Counted from the first letter of the stretch, positions 25,192-34,132 are shown. The stretch is DNA of 64,000 nt from Actinomycetota bacterium (GCA_021325435.1 JAJPHE010000055.1:49906-113905); one strand, 5' to 3'. Numbers and translations are program-made. Notes: generated from the sequence alone by a model not told the origin.

Positions 25192-26337
25192 TCATGCGCC
25201 GAGGTCGTCGAGCGTCTCGACGAGGCGGTCCGCCGCCGAGCGGCACATCGCCTCCCAGGCGTTCACGTCGTCGGCTGCCGCCTCGGCCTCCTGCCACAGG
25301 GTGGCCTCCAGGGGGTCCAGCTGGGCCCGGACGTTCGGGAGGTGCTCGGGTGCCGTCTCCACCAGCTGTCGCAGCGCGGCCATCCGCTGGTGAAGGGCCG
25401 GGTCGCCCAACCCGCCCGGCAGCTGGTCTGGCACCAGGGCGGGCAGGAAGACGCTGACGCAAGGGCTGCCGGGGGCGACCCAGGCCCGGGGCCGGCCGCC
25501 GGCGGGGAGATAGGCGATCATCGCCGCCGCCGTGTGCATGTAACCCGGCAGGTGCATGCACACGGTGACTCCCTCGCCGTCGGAGTTGAACGTGGTGGGC
25601 GGTGGCGACGCCGCCCCGGCCCCGTCACCGTGGTCGCGCAGGTGCCGGGCCAGGTCCGCCAGCTGTGGCCCAGCGGTCACGGCCCGGCGCGACGCGGCGA
25701 GGCGGCGGTCGGCATGGCCCGTCGGCACGGACGGGTGTGACCAGCGGGCGGAGACGTCCGTGCCCGGCGGCACCCCGGCCGAACCTGTCGTCCAGTCCGT
25801 CCCGAGGGTGAACCGGTTGGAGATGGCCGTCGCCGTCCGGCTCGGCGTCGCCACCCATTGGCGGCCCATGGTCTCGACGACCCAGCTCTCCTCTGAGTCG
25901 GCGACGAGGAACGAGGAGAAGTAGCGGTCGCCCGACTCATCGCACACACCGCCCTGGCCGTGGGCCTCGATCAGCTGGGACAGCAGGTCCACGCCGTGAG
26001 AGGCCGACGTGGCACCTTCGAGGCACAGCCGCACCAGCTCCATGCCGGTGAGGGCGTCCGGCGCCGACCTCGGGTCCTCGGCGGTCCACAGCTTCTCGTT
26101 GCCCACGGCCACGCCGTGCTCGTTGACGCCGTGCTCCAGGCCCCACATCCACCGAGGCCGCGAACCGAGCACCGCCTGGGCACCCCGATCCGGGATCTCC
26201 AGGTGCTGGGTGCGGAGGGTTCGTCCGGGCGGCCGAGGGGGCAGCGCCTCGATCAGCTGGAGCTCCCCATCCGGACGGTCCGAGTTCTTGGCGAAGAACG
26301 TCCCGCCGGCACCCGGTGCCCAGAGGGTGTCGCACAC
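25192..26337 (-). CDS. secernin / peptidase C69-like Ntn hydrolase
   Basis: (V)CDTLWA...FFAKNSDRPDGE N-terminal nucleophile motif. Start placed at GTG 26337 so the mature protein begins with Cys. The track start ATG 26361 is the alternative. Confidence 0.65.
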   Translation of the reverse strand: MCDTLWAPGAGGTFFAKNSDRPDGELQLIEALPPRPPGRTLRTQHLEIPDRGAQAVLGSRPRWMWGLEHGVNEHGVAVGNEKLWTAEDPRSAPDALTGMELVRLCLEGATSASHGVDLLSQLIEAHGQGGVCDESGDRYFSSFLVADSEESWVVETMGRQWVATPSRTATAISNRFTLGTDWTTGSAGVPPGTDVSARWSHPSVPTGHADRRLAASRRAVTAGPQLADLARHLRDHGDGAGAASPPPTTFNSDGEGVTVCMHLPGYMHTAAAMIAYLPAGGRPRAWVAPGSPCVSVFLPALVPDQLPGGLGDPALHQRMAALRQLVETAPEHLPNVRAQLDPLEATLWQEAEAAADDVNAWEAMCRSAADRLVETLDDLGA

Positions 26338-26344
26338 CCGGCGA

Positions 26345-26350
26345 ACGGTA
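26345..26350 (-). promoter_or_regulatory. -10 hexamer TACCGT, 7 nt upstream of GTG 26337
   Basis: TANNNT match. It overlaps the opposite-strand -10 by 2 bp (ACGGTAATCT). Confidence 0.4.
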
Positions 26351-26354
26351 ATCT
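26349..26354 (+). promoter_or_regulatory. -10 hexamer TAATCT, 5 nt upstream of ATG 26360
   Basis: TANNNT match. No SD. Confidence 0.4.
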
Positions 26355-26359
26355 CGCTC

Positions 26360-28246
26360 ATGACCGACGCGACGGTTCACCCGCTGGATCCACTCGGGCC
26401 GGACGAGATCCGCGACGCCGTTCGCATCACGAGGGAGCTCAAGGATCTGGGGGAGCGCGCCCGGTTCGCCTTGGTCGCCCTGGAGGAGCCTTCCAAACAA
26501 GAGGTGCTGGAGCAGCTCGGTGGCACGGAGCGGCGGGCCCGGGTCCAGGTGGTCGACCCCGACGCCCGACGGGCGTGGGACGGCGTGGTGTCGCTGAGCG
26601 CCAAGGACGTCCTGGCGTGGGACGAGATCGAGGCGGGCCAACCCCCCTTCACCTTCGGCGAGTTCCGCTTGGCCGTAGCGGCGGTTCGCGCCGATCCGCG
26701 GTGGCAGGACGCGGTCCGGGCCCGGGGCGTCCAAGACATCGACTCCGTTCAGATCGACCCGTGGTCGGTGGGCGCCTTCGGGGCGGAGCCCGAGACCCGC
26801 CGGCTGGCCCGGTGCGTCTCCTACGTGCGGACAACCCCCACCGACAACGGGTACGCCCATCCCATCGAAGGACTGGTGGCGACGGTGGACCTTCAGACCG
26901 GTGAGGTCGTCGAGGTCGTCGACGCCGGCGTGGTCCCGGTGCCCCAGGAGACCGGCGCCTACGACGCCGAGGTGGTGGGCGCCCGGTCGGGCCCGCGGAC
27001 CCTCGACATCGTCCAACCCGAGGGCCCAACGTTTGAGGTGGAGGGTCAGGAGATCCGTTGGATGGGCTGGCACATCCGCTTCTCGATGACCCAGACCGAA
27101 GGTCTCGTGCTCCACACGGTGGGTTTCGAGGACCACGGCCGCCTGCGTCCGATCCTCTACCGGGCGAGTCTCTCCGAGATGGTCGTTCCCTATGGGGACA
27201 CCGCGCCCGGCCACTGGTGGAAGAACGCGTTCGACGCGGGGGAGTACGGCATAGGCAAGATGGCCAACTCCCTCGAACTCGGCTGCGACTGTTTGGGGGA
27301 GATCACCTACTTCGACGCGTGGTTCGCCGACGACGACGGCGAACCGGTGCGGATCGGTAATGCGGTGTGTCTGCACGAGGAGGATTTCGGCATCCTCTGG
27401 AAGCACACCGACGGCTGGTCGGGTAGATCGGAGGTGCGCCGCAGCCGACGGCTGGTGCTGTCGTCGATCTCCACCGTTGGCAATTACGACTACGGCTTCT
27501 ACTGGTACTTCTACCTCGACGGGACCATTCAGCTCGAGGTCAAGTCGACCGGCATCGTTCAGACCGCCGCCCTGCCGCCTGGTGAGACGCCGGCTCACGG
27601 CCAGCGGGTCGCCCCCGACCTCTACGCCCCTCACCACCAGCATTTCTTCTGCTTCCGTCTCGATGTTGACGTCGATGGCGTCACCAACTCGGTGCAGGAG
27701 GTCGACGTCGTCGCCTCCGAGTCCGGTCCGGACAACCCCTACGGCAACGCCTTCGAGCTGCGCCGGACGCCGCTGCGCTCCGAGCGCTCGGCCCGCCGGA
27801 GGGCCGACCCCTCGGCGTCGAGGTCTTGGTGGATCCTCAACGAAGCGGAGCACAACCGGCTGGGGGAACCGGTCGGCTACCGGCTGGTGCCCGGACCGAC
27901 CACCTGCCTGTTGGCGGCGCCGAATTCGAGCATCGGAAGACGGGCGGCCTTCGCCACCGAGACTCTGTGGGTCACCGTCAATTCACCCGAGCAGCGCCAT
28001 GCGGCTGGCTCGCACCCGAACCAACATCCTGGGGGGGAGGGTCTGCCCGCCTGGACAGCGGCCGACCGCTCGCTCGAGTCGACCGATGTCGTGCTCTGGT
28101 ACACCGTCGGTATCACCCATGTCGCCCGCCCGGAGGACTGGCCGGTGATGCCGGTCGAATGCTCCGGCTTCAGCCTCAAGCCCCAGGGGTTCTTCGAGCG
28201 CAATCCGGCGATCGACCTGCCGGCCGCTGATCATTGTCACCGCTAA
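26360..28246 (+). CDS. copper-containing primary amine oxidase (TPQ enzyme)
   Basis: TPQ consensus TVGNYDY, His ligands in APHHQHFF and ITHVARPEDWPVMP, and the DPWSVG region. The start MTDATVHPLDPLGPDEI resembles known bacterial amine oxidases. Confidence 0.9.
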   Translation: MTDATVHPLDPLGPDEIRDAVRITRELKDLGERARFALVALEEPSKQEVLEQLGGTERRARVQVVDPDARRAWDGVVSLSAKDVLAWDEIEAGQPPFTFGEFRLAVAAVRADPRWQDAVRARGVQDIDSVQIDPWSVGAFGAEPETRRLARCVSYVRTTPTDNGYAHPIEGLVATVDLQTGEVVEVVDAGVVPVPQETGAYDAEVVGARSGPRTLDIVQPEGPTFEVEGQEIRWMGWHIRFSMTQTEGLVLHTVGFEDHGRLRPILYRASLSEMVVPYGDTAPGHWWKNAFDAGEYGIGKMANSLELGCDCLGEITYFDAWFADDDGEPVRIGNAVCLHEEDFGILWKHTDGWSGRSEVRRSRRLVLSSISTVGNYDYGFYWYFYLDGTIQLEVKSTGIVQTAALPPGETPAHGQRVAPDLYAPHHQHFFCFRLDVDVDGVTNSVQEVDVVASESGPDNPYGNAFELRRTPLRSERSARRRADPSASRSWWILNEAEHNRLGEPVGYRLVPGPTTCLLAAPNSSIGRRAAFATETLWVTVNSPEQRHAAGSHPNQHPGGEGLPAWTAADRSLESTDVVLWYTVGITHVARPEDWPVMPVECSGFSLKPQGFFERNPAIDLPAADHCHR

Positions 28247-28268
28247 GCGGGGGCGGCGACGGGCCGGT

Positions 28269-29372
28269 CTAGTCGAGGGCCTGGTGGTGAGCGGTGGCGT
28301 GGTGATGGCCGGTGCCCGAAGGGTCGGTGTGCAGGGTGGCCGCGGAGAGCCGGGGCAGGTTGTGCAGGAGCCGGTGGTGGGCCTCCTCGGCGATCGAGTG
28401 ACCCTCCGCCACGGTGAGGCTGGCGTCGACCTCCAATGACGCCTCGGCCAGCATGCGATGGCCGATCCAGCGGACGCGGAGGTCATAAACCCCCATGACC
28501 CCCGGCACCTCCTCCAGGACGTGGGCGGCTCGGCCGACGAGCTCGGGGTCCACCGCGTCCATCAGCCTCCGGTAGATGTCGCGGGCCGCCGTGCGCAGGA
28601 CGAGGAGGATGGCGGCGGTGACCACCAGCCCCACGATGGGATCGGCCAGGGGCGCCCCCAGCATCACGCCGATCGCCCCCGCCAGCACGGCGAGAGAGGT
28701 CAGCCCGTCGGTCCGGGCGTGAAGGCCGTCGGCGACCAGAGCCGCCGACCCGATGCGGCGGCCGATGCGGATGCGGAACACCGCCACCGCTTCGTTTCCC
28801 AGGAATCCGACCACCGCCGCGGCCATGACGGCGCCCACATGGTGGACCCGGGCCGGGTGGACGAGGCGGTGGACCGATGCCCACCCGGCGGCGATGGAGG
28901 AGCCCGCCATCACCGCCACGATGAGGATGCCGGCCAGGTCCTCGGCCCGCCCGAATCCGTAGGTGTACCGCCGGGTCGGCGGGCGCCGCCCCATGGAAAA
29001 GGCGATCCACAACGGCACGGCGGTGAGGGCGTCGGCCAGGTTGTGCAGCGTGTCGCCCAGCAGGGCGACCGAGCCGCTCAAGATCACCACGCCGGCCTGG
29101 ATGACGGCCGTGACGCTGAGGCCCACGACCGATATCACCAGGGCCCGGCGTCCCTCCTCGGTCGCCTCCAGGGCCCGGTCGAGTCGGTCGGCCGGGTCGT
29201 GGCTGTGGCCCGGGCGCAGAGCGTGGAGGATGGATCCCAGCGCAGACGACATCCGGCCGCGGCCGCGGCCGTGGTCGTGCTCGTGGTGGTGGTGGCCCTC
29301 CGACGGCCCGTGGTGGGCGTGGCCGTCGGGGTAGCCGTCGGGGGCGTGGCTGTCCTCGGGGTGGGTCCTCAT
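28269..29372 (-). CDS. cation diffusion facilitator (CDF) metal exporter with His-rich N-terminus
   Basis: His-rich HAHHGPSEGHHHHEHDHG. TM motifs LLGDTLHNLADAL and ADGLHARTDGLTS. GGAG SD lies 6 nt upstream of ATG 29372. Confidence 0.85.
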   Translation of the reverse strand: MRTHPEDSHAPDGYPDGHAHHGPSEGHHHHEHDHGRGRGRMSSALGSILHALRPGHSHDPADRLDRALEATEEGRRALVISVVGLSVTAVIQAGVVILSGSVALLGDTLHNLADALTAVPLWIAFSMGRRPPTRRYTYGFGRAEDLAGILIVAVMAGSSIAAGWASVHRLVHPARVHHVGAVMAAAVVGFLGNEAVAVFRIRIGRRIGSAALVADGLHARTDGLTSLAVLAGAIGVMLGAPLADPIVGLVVTAAILLVLRTAARDIYRRLMDAVDPELVGRAAHVLEEVPGVMGVYDLRVRWIGHRMLAEASLEVDASLTVAEGHSIAEEAHHRLLHNLPRLSAATLHTDPSGTGHHHATAHHQALD

Positions 29373-29413
29373 CGTCGCTCCGAGTGGATTGTGCCCCAGG
29401 CGGCCCGGGCGCG

Positions 29414-29446
29414 ACGACGGCCCGGGTGGAGGGCCCGGGCCGTCGT
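29414..29446. other. 12-bp GC-rich hairpin (ACGACGGCCCGG / CCGGGCCGTCGT, 9-nt loop) between two minus-strand genes
   Basis: Perfect inverted repeat seen directly. It lies 18 nt downstream of the 29464 stop and 42 nt upstream of the CDF start. Confidence 0.6.
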
Positions 29447-29463
29447 GCGAGGTGACCGGTGGG

Positions 29464-30168
29464 TCAGGCGAAGGTCGGTGCGTGGGAAGGCGCCCGTTCA
29501 ATCTCCGGGTGCTGGTACATGGCCCCGCTGGCGAGAAGCATCCACAGGGCGAAGCCGAGGAGGCCCACCAGGCCGACCACGTCGACCACCCGGCTGTAGG
29601 TGGTCAGGTAGAGGGAGGCTGACCCCGAGATCCACAACAGGGCCCCGACGAGGATGCCGAGCCATCCGAGGTTGGGGCTCACCATCTCCTTGCGCACCAT
29701 GGCCATCGACCCGGTGACGACGAACAGTCCGGCCGCCAGGGCGAGGAGGGCCTGGGTCACGAAATTGAGGTCGAACATCATGCGGACGGTGGCGGCGCTG
29801 GCCGGGTCACCCGGCCGACCGGCCATCAGGGCCAGCGTTGCGGTGGGCAACGCCGAGATGATGCCCACCGTCGCCACCGAGATGCCCGACCCGAACACGG
29901 CAGGGGACAGCGCCTCGGCGCCTCCTTCGGCCCGCTGCAGCACGTGGCGGAGGTGGGCGACGAACCACAGGAAGACCAGCGAGGCGAAGCTGGCCAGCAG
30001 GGTCGAGGTGACCAGGGCCCGGCGGTGGTCGGAGAAGTAGGACGTGATCTTCGCCGTGGAGGCGTTGAGGTGGGGCGGCATCGGAGCGATGAACACGCTG
30101 ACCAGAAGCAGCACCACGAAGGCGATACCTGCGGAGGCGCCGTAGCGCTCCCACTTGGTCTCGTTCAT
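29464..30168 (-). CDS. hypothetical integral membrane protein (about 6 TM)
   Basis: Repeated hydrophobic helices. Start at MNETKW (ATG 30168), with TTG 30189 as the alternative. Confidence 0.5.
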   Translation of the reverse strand: MNETKWERYGASAGIAFVVLLLVSVFIAPMPPHLNASTAKITSYFSDHRRALVTSTLLASFASLVFLWFVAHLRHVLQRAEGGAEALSPAVFGSGISVATVGIISALPTATLALMAGRPGDPASAATVRMMFDLNFVTQALLALAAGLFVVTGSMAMVRKEMVSPNLGWLGILVGALLWISGSASLYLTTYSRVVDVVGLVGLLGFALWMLLASGAMYQHPEIERAPSHAPTFA

Positions 30169-30255
30169 TGGGCGGATCCCCCTTGTCAACGGACCGTCAG
30201 GCCCGTACTCCGCCCTCCACCAGTTGTACGCCCGCCGAGCGCCCTTGGCAATGAT

Positions 30256-30276
30256 CCCCGTCGGACGGCGACGGGG
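30256..30276 (-). terminator. hairpin CCCCGTCG-GACGG-CGACGGGG just after the amidohydrolase stop
   Basis: 8-bp perfect stem, 6 nt downstream of stop 30283 on the minus strand. Confidence 0.4.
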
Positions 30277-30282
30277 GCAGGA

Positions 30283-31449
30283 TCAGACTCCGGCCAGGGC
30301 GTCGCCCATCAGGTCGACGAAGTTGTCGACGTAGAAGCGGCGGCGGGCCCGTTCGCCGACCTTCTCCAGGCTGCGGCCGAACCGCCCGAGGGGGTTGCGG
30401 CCCCCCTCCACGTGGGGGTAGTCGGAGGAGAACATGCAGACCTCCTCGCCGGTCTGCTCGATGACCCAGCCGGCGTCTTCGTGCGGGTAGGGCGTCACTC
30501 GCACCTGGCGCAGGATGTACTCGCTCGGCTTCAGCTCCAGCTTCTGAAGGCGCTCCTCGTTCTTGCGGAAGGCGTCGCCGGCCGAATCCAGCGACCGCAT
30601 CAGTCCGGGCATCCAGCTCGCCCCTTGCTCGATGACCCCGATCTTGAGGCGGGGGAACCGGTCGAGGATGCCGTCGATGATCATGGTGGAGAGGGTCTGC
30701 ATCACCGGGTAGGGGATGGCCATGTAGTCGACGGACCGGAAGTTCCCGTCGCCGCCGTGGAAGTCGGGCACGGGAGGCAGGCCGTTGACGAAGTAGCTGG
30801 GATCGAGCAGCTGCCCTCCGCCGCCGACGTGGAAGACGATGGGCAGCCCGGCGTCCTGCGCCTGGGACCACACCCGATCGAGGCCGACGTGGCTGGGGGA
30901 GTGACCCTTCGGGCAGGCGGAGGCGATCATCAGCGCCTTGCAGCCCATGTCGATCGCTTCTTCGGCGAAGGCGGCGGAGGTGTCGAAGTCGGCGAGCGGC
31001 ACGTAGCCGACCGGCAGCAGCCGGCGGTCCACCGAGCAGAAGTCGACGATGGCCCGGTTGTGGGCCCGGGCGACGCCGTAGGCGTACTCGAGGTCGTCGC
31101 CGTGCTCGGCGGCCAGCAACGCTTTGTTGGCGAAGGTGTTGAAGACCAGCTGCGACGCGAACCCGAGAAGGTCGAGGGCAGCGGGCCGGTCCTCTTTGAT
31201 GAAGGACCCCGTCGCCGCCCAGTTCTTGCGCAGCATGATCTCATCGGCGTCGTGGCTGCGGTACTCGGGATCCTGGTGACGGGCCCGGACCTTGTCGAGG
31301 AAGCGGTCCTCGCCCGGGGCCACGGTGCTGGTGTACAGCGGCTGCAGCCGATCGCGCACCGGCGGGTCGGCATAGTCTCGCAGCCAGTCCGGCGTCTCCA
31401 TCACGTGGGCGTCGGCGTCGTGGATCAGCAGGTCACCGGCGTAAGGCAT
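30283..31449 (-). CDS. amidohydrolase-2 family metal-dependent hydrolase/decarboxylase
   Basis: N-terminal DADAHVMETPDW metal-binding HxH-like motif, FHVGGGG, and SSDYPHVEG at the C-terminal metal site. Confidence 0.7.
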   Translation of the reverse strand: MPYAGDLLIHDADAHVMETPDWLRDYADPPVRDRLQPLYTSTVAPGEDRFLDKVRARHQDPEYRSHDADEIMLRKNWAATGSFIKEDRPAALDLLGFASQLVFNTFANKALLAAEHGDDLEYAYGVARAHNRAIVDFCSVDRRLLPVGYVPLADFDTSAAFAEEAIDMGCKALMIASACPKGHSPSHVGLDRVWSQAQDAGLPIVFHVGGGGQLLDPSYFVNGLPPVPDFHGGDGNFRSVDYMAIPYPVMQTLSTMIIDGILDRFPRLKIGVIEQGASWMPGLMRSLDSAGDAFRKNEERLQKLELKPSEYILRQVRVTPYPHEDAGWVIEQTGEEVCMFSSDYPHVEGGRNPLGRFGRSLEKVGERARRRFYVDNFVDLMGDALAGV

Positions 31450-31542
31450 CGGAGGGTCCCCCTGGTTCGTGCGGTCTCGATGCTAGTGGCGAGGGTCCGT
31501 CGGGGGGTCCCGGGAGGAATCCGGCTGCTGGGTGGGGAAAGT

Positions 31543-32622
31543 GTGTCGGACGTGCGTGGGCTCAGTCGTACCCGGACCGCGGCGGCTGTCATGGCCGCTG
31601 CCGTGTGCGTCGTGGGCTCCACGTGTCTGCTGACGGCCGGCCCGGCGGCCGCCGCCGCCTCCGGCTCGACGACGCCGACGACGTCACCGGCGCCCGCCCC
31701 GACGGCGGCGCCGACCACCATGCCGACGGTGGCGCCGGCCAACTCCACGACCACCACCACGGCGGACGGAGCATCGGGCTCTTCGGCCGACCAGAGCGCC
31801 ACCACGGCCAGCACCAGCGCCGCCGGGTCGCCCCAGGTCAACTATCAGATGCTGTCCGAATCGGAGGCGGTCCGCCGGACCGGCCCCACCTCGACCGCTC
31901 CGCTGCTGGCGGCCCTGGCCCAGCTCCAGCGGTTCGGTCTCACGCCGGTGCAGGCGGCGATCATCGGTATGGGCCAGTTCCCCGTCGCCGGTCTGGCCAC
32001 CTACGGCGACGACTTCCTGGAGTACCGGTCCTTCCCCACGCCCCACCTGCACCAGGGCATCGACATCGTCGCCGCCGAGGGGACGCCGTTGCGGTCACCG
32101 GCAGCGGGCGTGCTGCGCTACAGCACGGCCGACCCCGACGGCTACGGGCTCACCGCCCTGGTCGTCCAGCCCGACGGGACGTACTTCCTGCTCGCCCACA
32201 TGAGCGCCACCGTCCTCGGCCTGGCCAGCGGGGCCAGCGTCAAGCAGGGCCAGGTGATCGGCTTCGTCGGCGCCTCCGGGGACGCCACCGGGCCCCACTG
32301 CCACTTCGAGGTCCACCCCCGGGGTGGGGCGGCGACAGACCCGAAGCCCTTCCTCGACGGGGCCCTGGCCCAGGCGATGGCCCAAGTGCCCGCCCTGGTG
32401 CAGGCCTTCGCCGGCCCGCAGCAGGCGACCGCCCCGGTGGTGACGGCCGTTCCCTCGCCGGCTCCGGTGCCCGCCGCGCCGACCCAGAGCTTCGTTGCGT
32501 CCGGCGCCGTCCCCCGCCGGTCGTCAAAGCTCCCGTACGCCCTGGCCGCGGTGGTGGCGCTGGTGGCGGGGGCGGTGGCCTGGGACGTGGTCGACCGCCG
32601 GCGGCTCACCGGTCCTCGCTGA
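31543..32622 (+). CDS. M23 (LytM-type) peptidoglycan endopeptidase with C-terminal TM anchor
   Basis: HQGIDIVAAEGTPLRSPAAG...GASGDATGPHCHFEVH are the M23 zinc motifs. N-terminal signal/TM, Thr/Pro/Ala linker, C-terminal LPYALAAVVALVAGAVAWDVVDRRR. Confidence 0.75.
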   Translation: MSDVRGLSRTRTAAAVMAAAVCVVGSTCLLTAGPAAAAASGSTTPTTSPAPAPTAAPTTMPTVAPANSTTTTTADGASGSSADQSATTASTSAAGSPQVNYQMLSESEAVRRTGPTSTAPLLAALAQLQRFGLTPVQAAIIGMGQFPVAGLATYGDDFLEYRSFPTPHLHQGIDIVAAEGTPLRSPAAGVLRYSTADPDGYGLTALVVQPDGTYFLLAHMSATVLGLASGASVKQGQVIGFVGASGDATGPHCHFEVHPRGGAATDPKPFLDGALAQAMAQVPALVQAFAGPQQATAPVVTAVPSPAPVPAAPTQSFVASGAVPRRSSKLPYALAAVVALVAGAVAWDVVDRRRLTGPR

Positions 32623-32636
32623 CCCCGGATTGCCAC

Positions 32637-32662
32637 CGATCGACTTGGTCTAGGGTCGATCG
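32637..32662 (+). promoter_or_regulatory. inverted repeat CGATCGAC-N10-GTCGATCG containing -10 TAGGGT (32651-32656), abutting the gabD ATG
   Basis: Perfect 8-bp arms. TAGGGT ends 6 nt upstream of ATG 32663. No SD. Confidence 0.45.
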
Positions 32663-34126
32663 ATGGCCGCGACCGCCGAGCGTTCCGTCGTTGAGGCCGT
32701 CCCCCGTCGGCTCCTGATCGGCGGCGACTGGGTCGACCCGACCAGCGGGGCCACCCTGCCGGTCGAGGACCCCTCGACGGGCGAGACGATCGTCGAGGTC
32801 GCCGACGCCGGCCCGGAGGAGGCCCGCCAGGCCCTGGCTGCCGCGGCCGATGCCCAGGAGTCGTGGGCGGCGACGCCGGCCCGAGAGCGCGGCGAGATCC
32901 TGCGCCGGGCGTTCGAGCTGATCACCAGCCGGGTCGACGACCTGGCCCTGCTCATGACCCTCGAGATGGGCAAGCCGATCAGCCACTCGCGGGCGGAGGT
33001 GGCTTACGGCGCCGAGTTCTTCCGCTGGTTCTCCGAGGAAGCGGTCAGGGTGGCCGGCCGGTACCTGCCGGCCCCCGACGGGCGAGGCCGCATCCTCACC
33101 ATGCGCCAGCCGGTCGGACCCTGCCTCCTCGTCACGCCCTGGAACTTCCCGATGGCCATGGGGACCCGCAAGATCGGGCCGGCGGTGGCGGCCGGCTGCA
33201 CCATGGTCATCAAGCCGGCCGGCCTCACCCCCCTCTCCATGCTGGAGTTGGCCCGGATCCTCACCGAGGCCGGGTTGCCGCCCGGCGTGCTGAACGTGCT
33301 CACCACCTCGTCGTCCGGATCGGCCACCGCGCCGCTGTTCGACGACCCCCGGCTGCGCAAGGTCTCCTTCACCGGGTCCACCGAGGTTGGCCGCAAACTC
33401 CTCGAGCAGGCGGCCGGCCGGGTCCTGCGGGTCTCGATGGAGTTGGGCGGCAACGCCCCGTTCATCGTGTTCGAGGACGCCGACCTGGACGCGGCGGTGG
33501 AGGGAGCGGTGGTGGCCAAGATGCGCAACGTCGGGGAGGCCTGCACCGCCGCCAACCGCTTCCACGTGGCCGCTCCGGTCGCCGCCGAGTTCACCGAGCG
33601 GTTGGCCGCCCGCATCGGCGCCATGAAGGTGGGTCGGGGGACGGACGAGAGCGTCGAGGTCGGCCCGCTCGTCGACGAGGCCACCCGGTCGAAGGTCGAG
33701 GAGCTGGTCGACGACGCCAGGGCCCGCGGGGCCCGCCCCGTCGTGGGGGGGACGAGGTCAGACGGCCGCGGCTACTTCTTCCAGCCGACGGTGCTGGCCG
33801 ACGTCCCGCCCGACGCCCGGCTGCTCAGGGAGGAGATCTTCGGCCCCGTCGCACCGGTCGTCCCCTTCGAGGGCGAGGATCAGGCGGTGGCGGCCGCCAA
33901 CGACACCGAGTTCGGGCTGGTCGCCTACGTGTACACCCGCGACCTGCGTCGGGCCTTCCGGGTGGTCGAGCGGCTGGAGTCCGGCATGGTCGGGCTCAAC
34001 CGGGGAATGGTCTCCAACCCGGCGGCCCCGTTCGGGGGGGTGAAGCAGTCAGGGCTGGGACGCGAGGGCGGCTTCGAGGGCATCGACGAGTACCTCGAGA
34101 CCAAGTACGTGGCCATCGACCTCTGA
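32663..34126 (+). CDS. gabD: NAD(P)-dependent succinate-semialdehyde dehydrogenase (aldehyde dehydrogenase family)
   Basis: FPMAMGTRKIGPAVAAGC, ELGGNAPFIVF and GEACTAANR are the ALDH catalytic Glu/Cys motifs. The N-terminal region is GabD-like. Confidence 0.8.
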   Translation: MAATAERSVVEAVPRRLLIGGDWVDPTSGATLPVEDPSTGETIVEVADAGPEEARQALAAAADAQESWAATPARERGEILRRAFELITSRVDDLALLMTLEMGKPISHSRAEVAYGAEFFRWFSEEAVRVAGRYLPAPDGRGRILTMRQPVGPCLLVTPWNFPMAMGTRKIGPAVAAGCTMVIKPAGLTPLSMLELARILTEAGLPPGVLNVLTTSSSGSATAPLFDDPRLRKVSFTGSTEVGRKLLEQAAGRVLRVSMELGGNAPFIVFEDADLDAAVEGAVVAKMRNVGEACTAANRFHVAAPVAAEFTERLAARIGAMKVGRGTDESVEVGPLVDEATRSKVEELVDDARARGARPVVGGTRSDGRGYFFQPTVLADVPPDARLLREEIFGPVAPVVPFEGEDQAVAAANDTEFGLVAYVYTRDLRRAFRVVERLESGMVGLNRGMVSNPAAPFGGVKQSGLGREGGFEGIDEYLETKYVAIDL

Positions 34127-34132
34127 GCCGCC

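Noticed and set aside
31450-31542. Possible cyclic-di-AMP (ydaO-type) riboswitch upstream of the M23 cell-wall hydrolase gene, since such riboswitches precede wall hydrolases in actinobacteria.
   Set aside because: The gap is only about 94 nt and I could not recognise the conserved pseudo-symmetric core by eye. This needs a covariance-model scan (Rfam RF00379) to decide.
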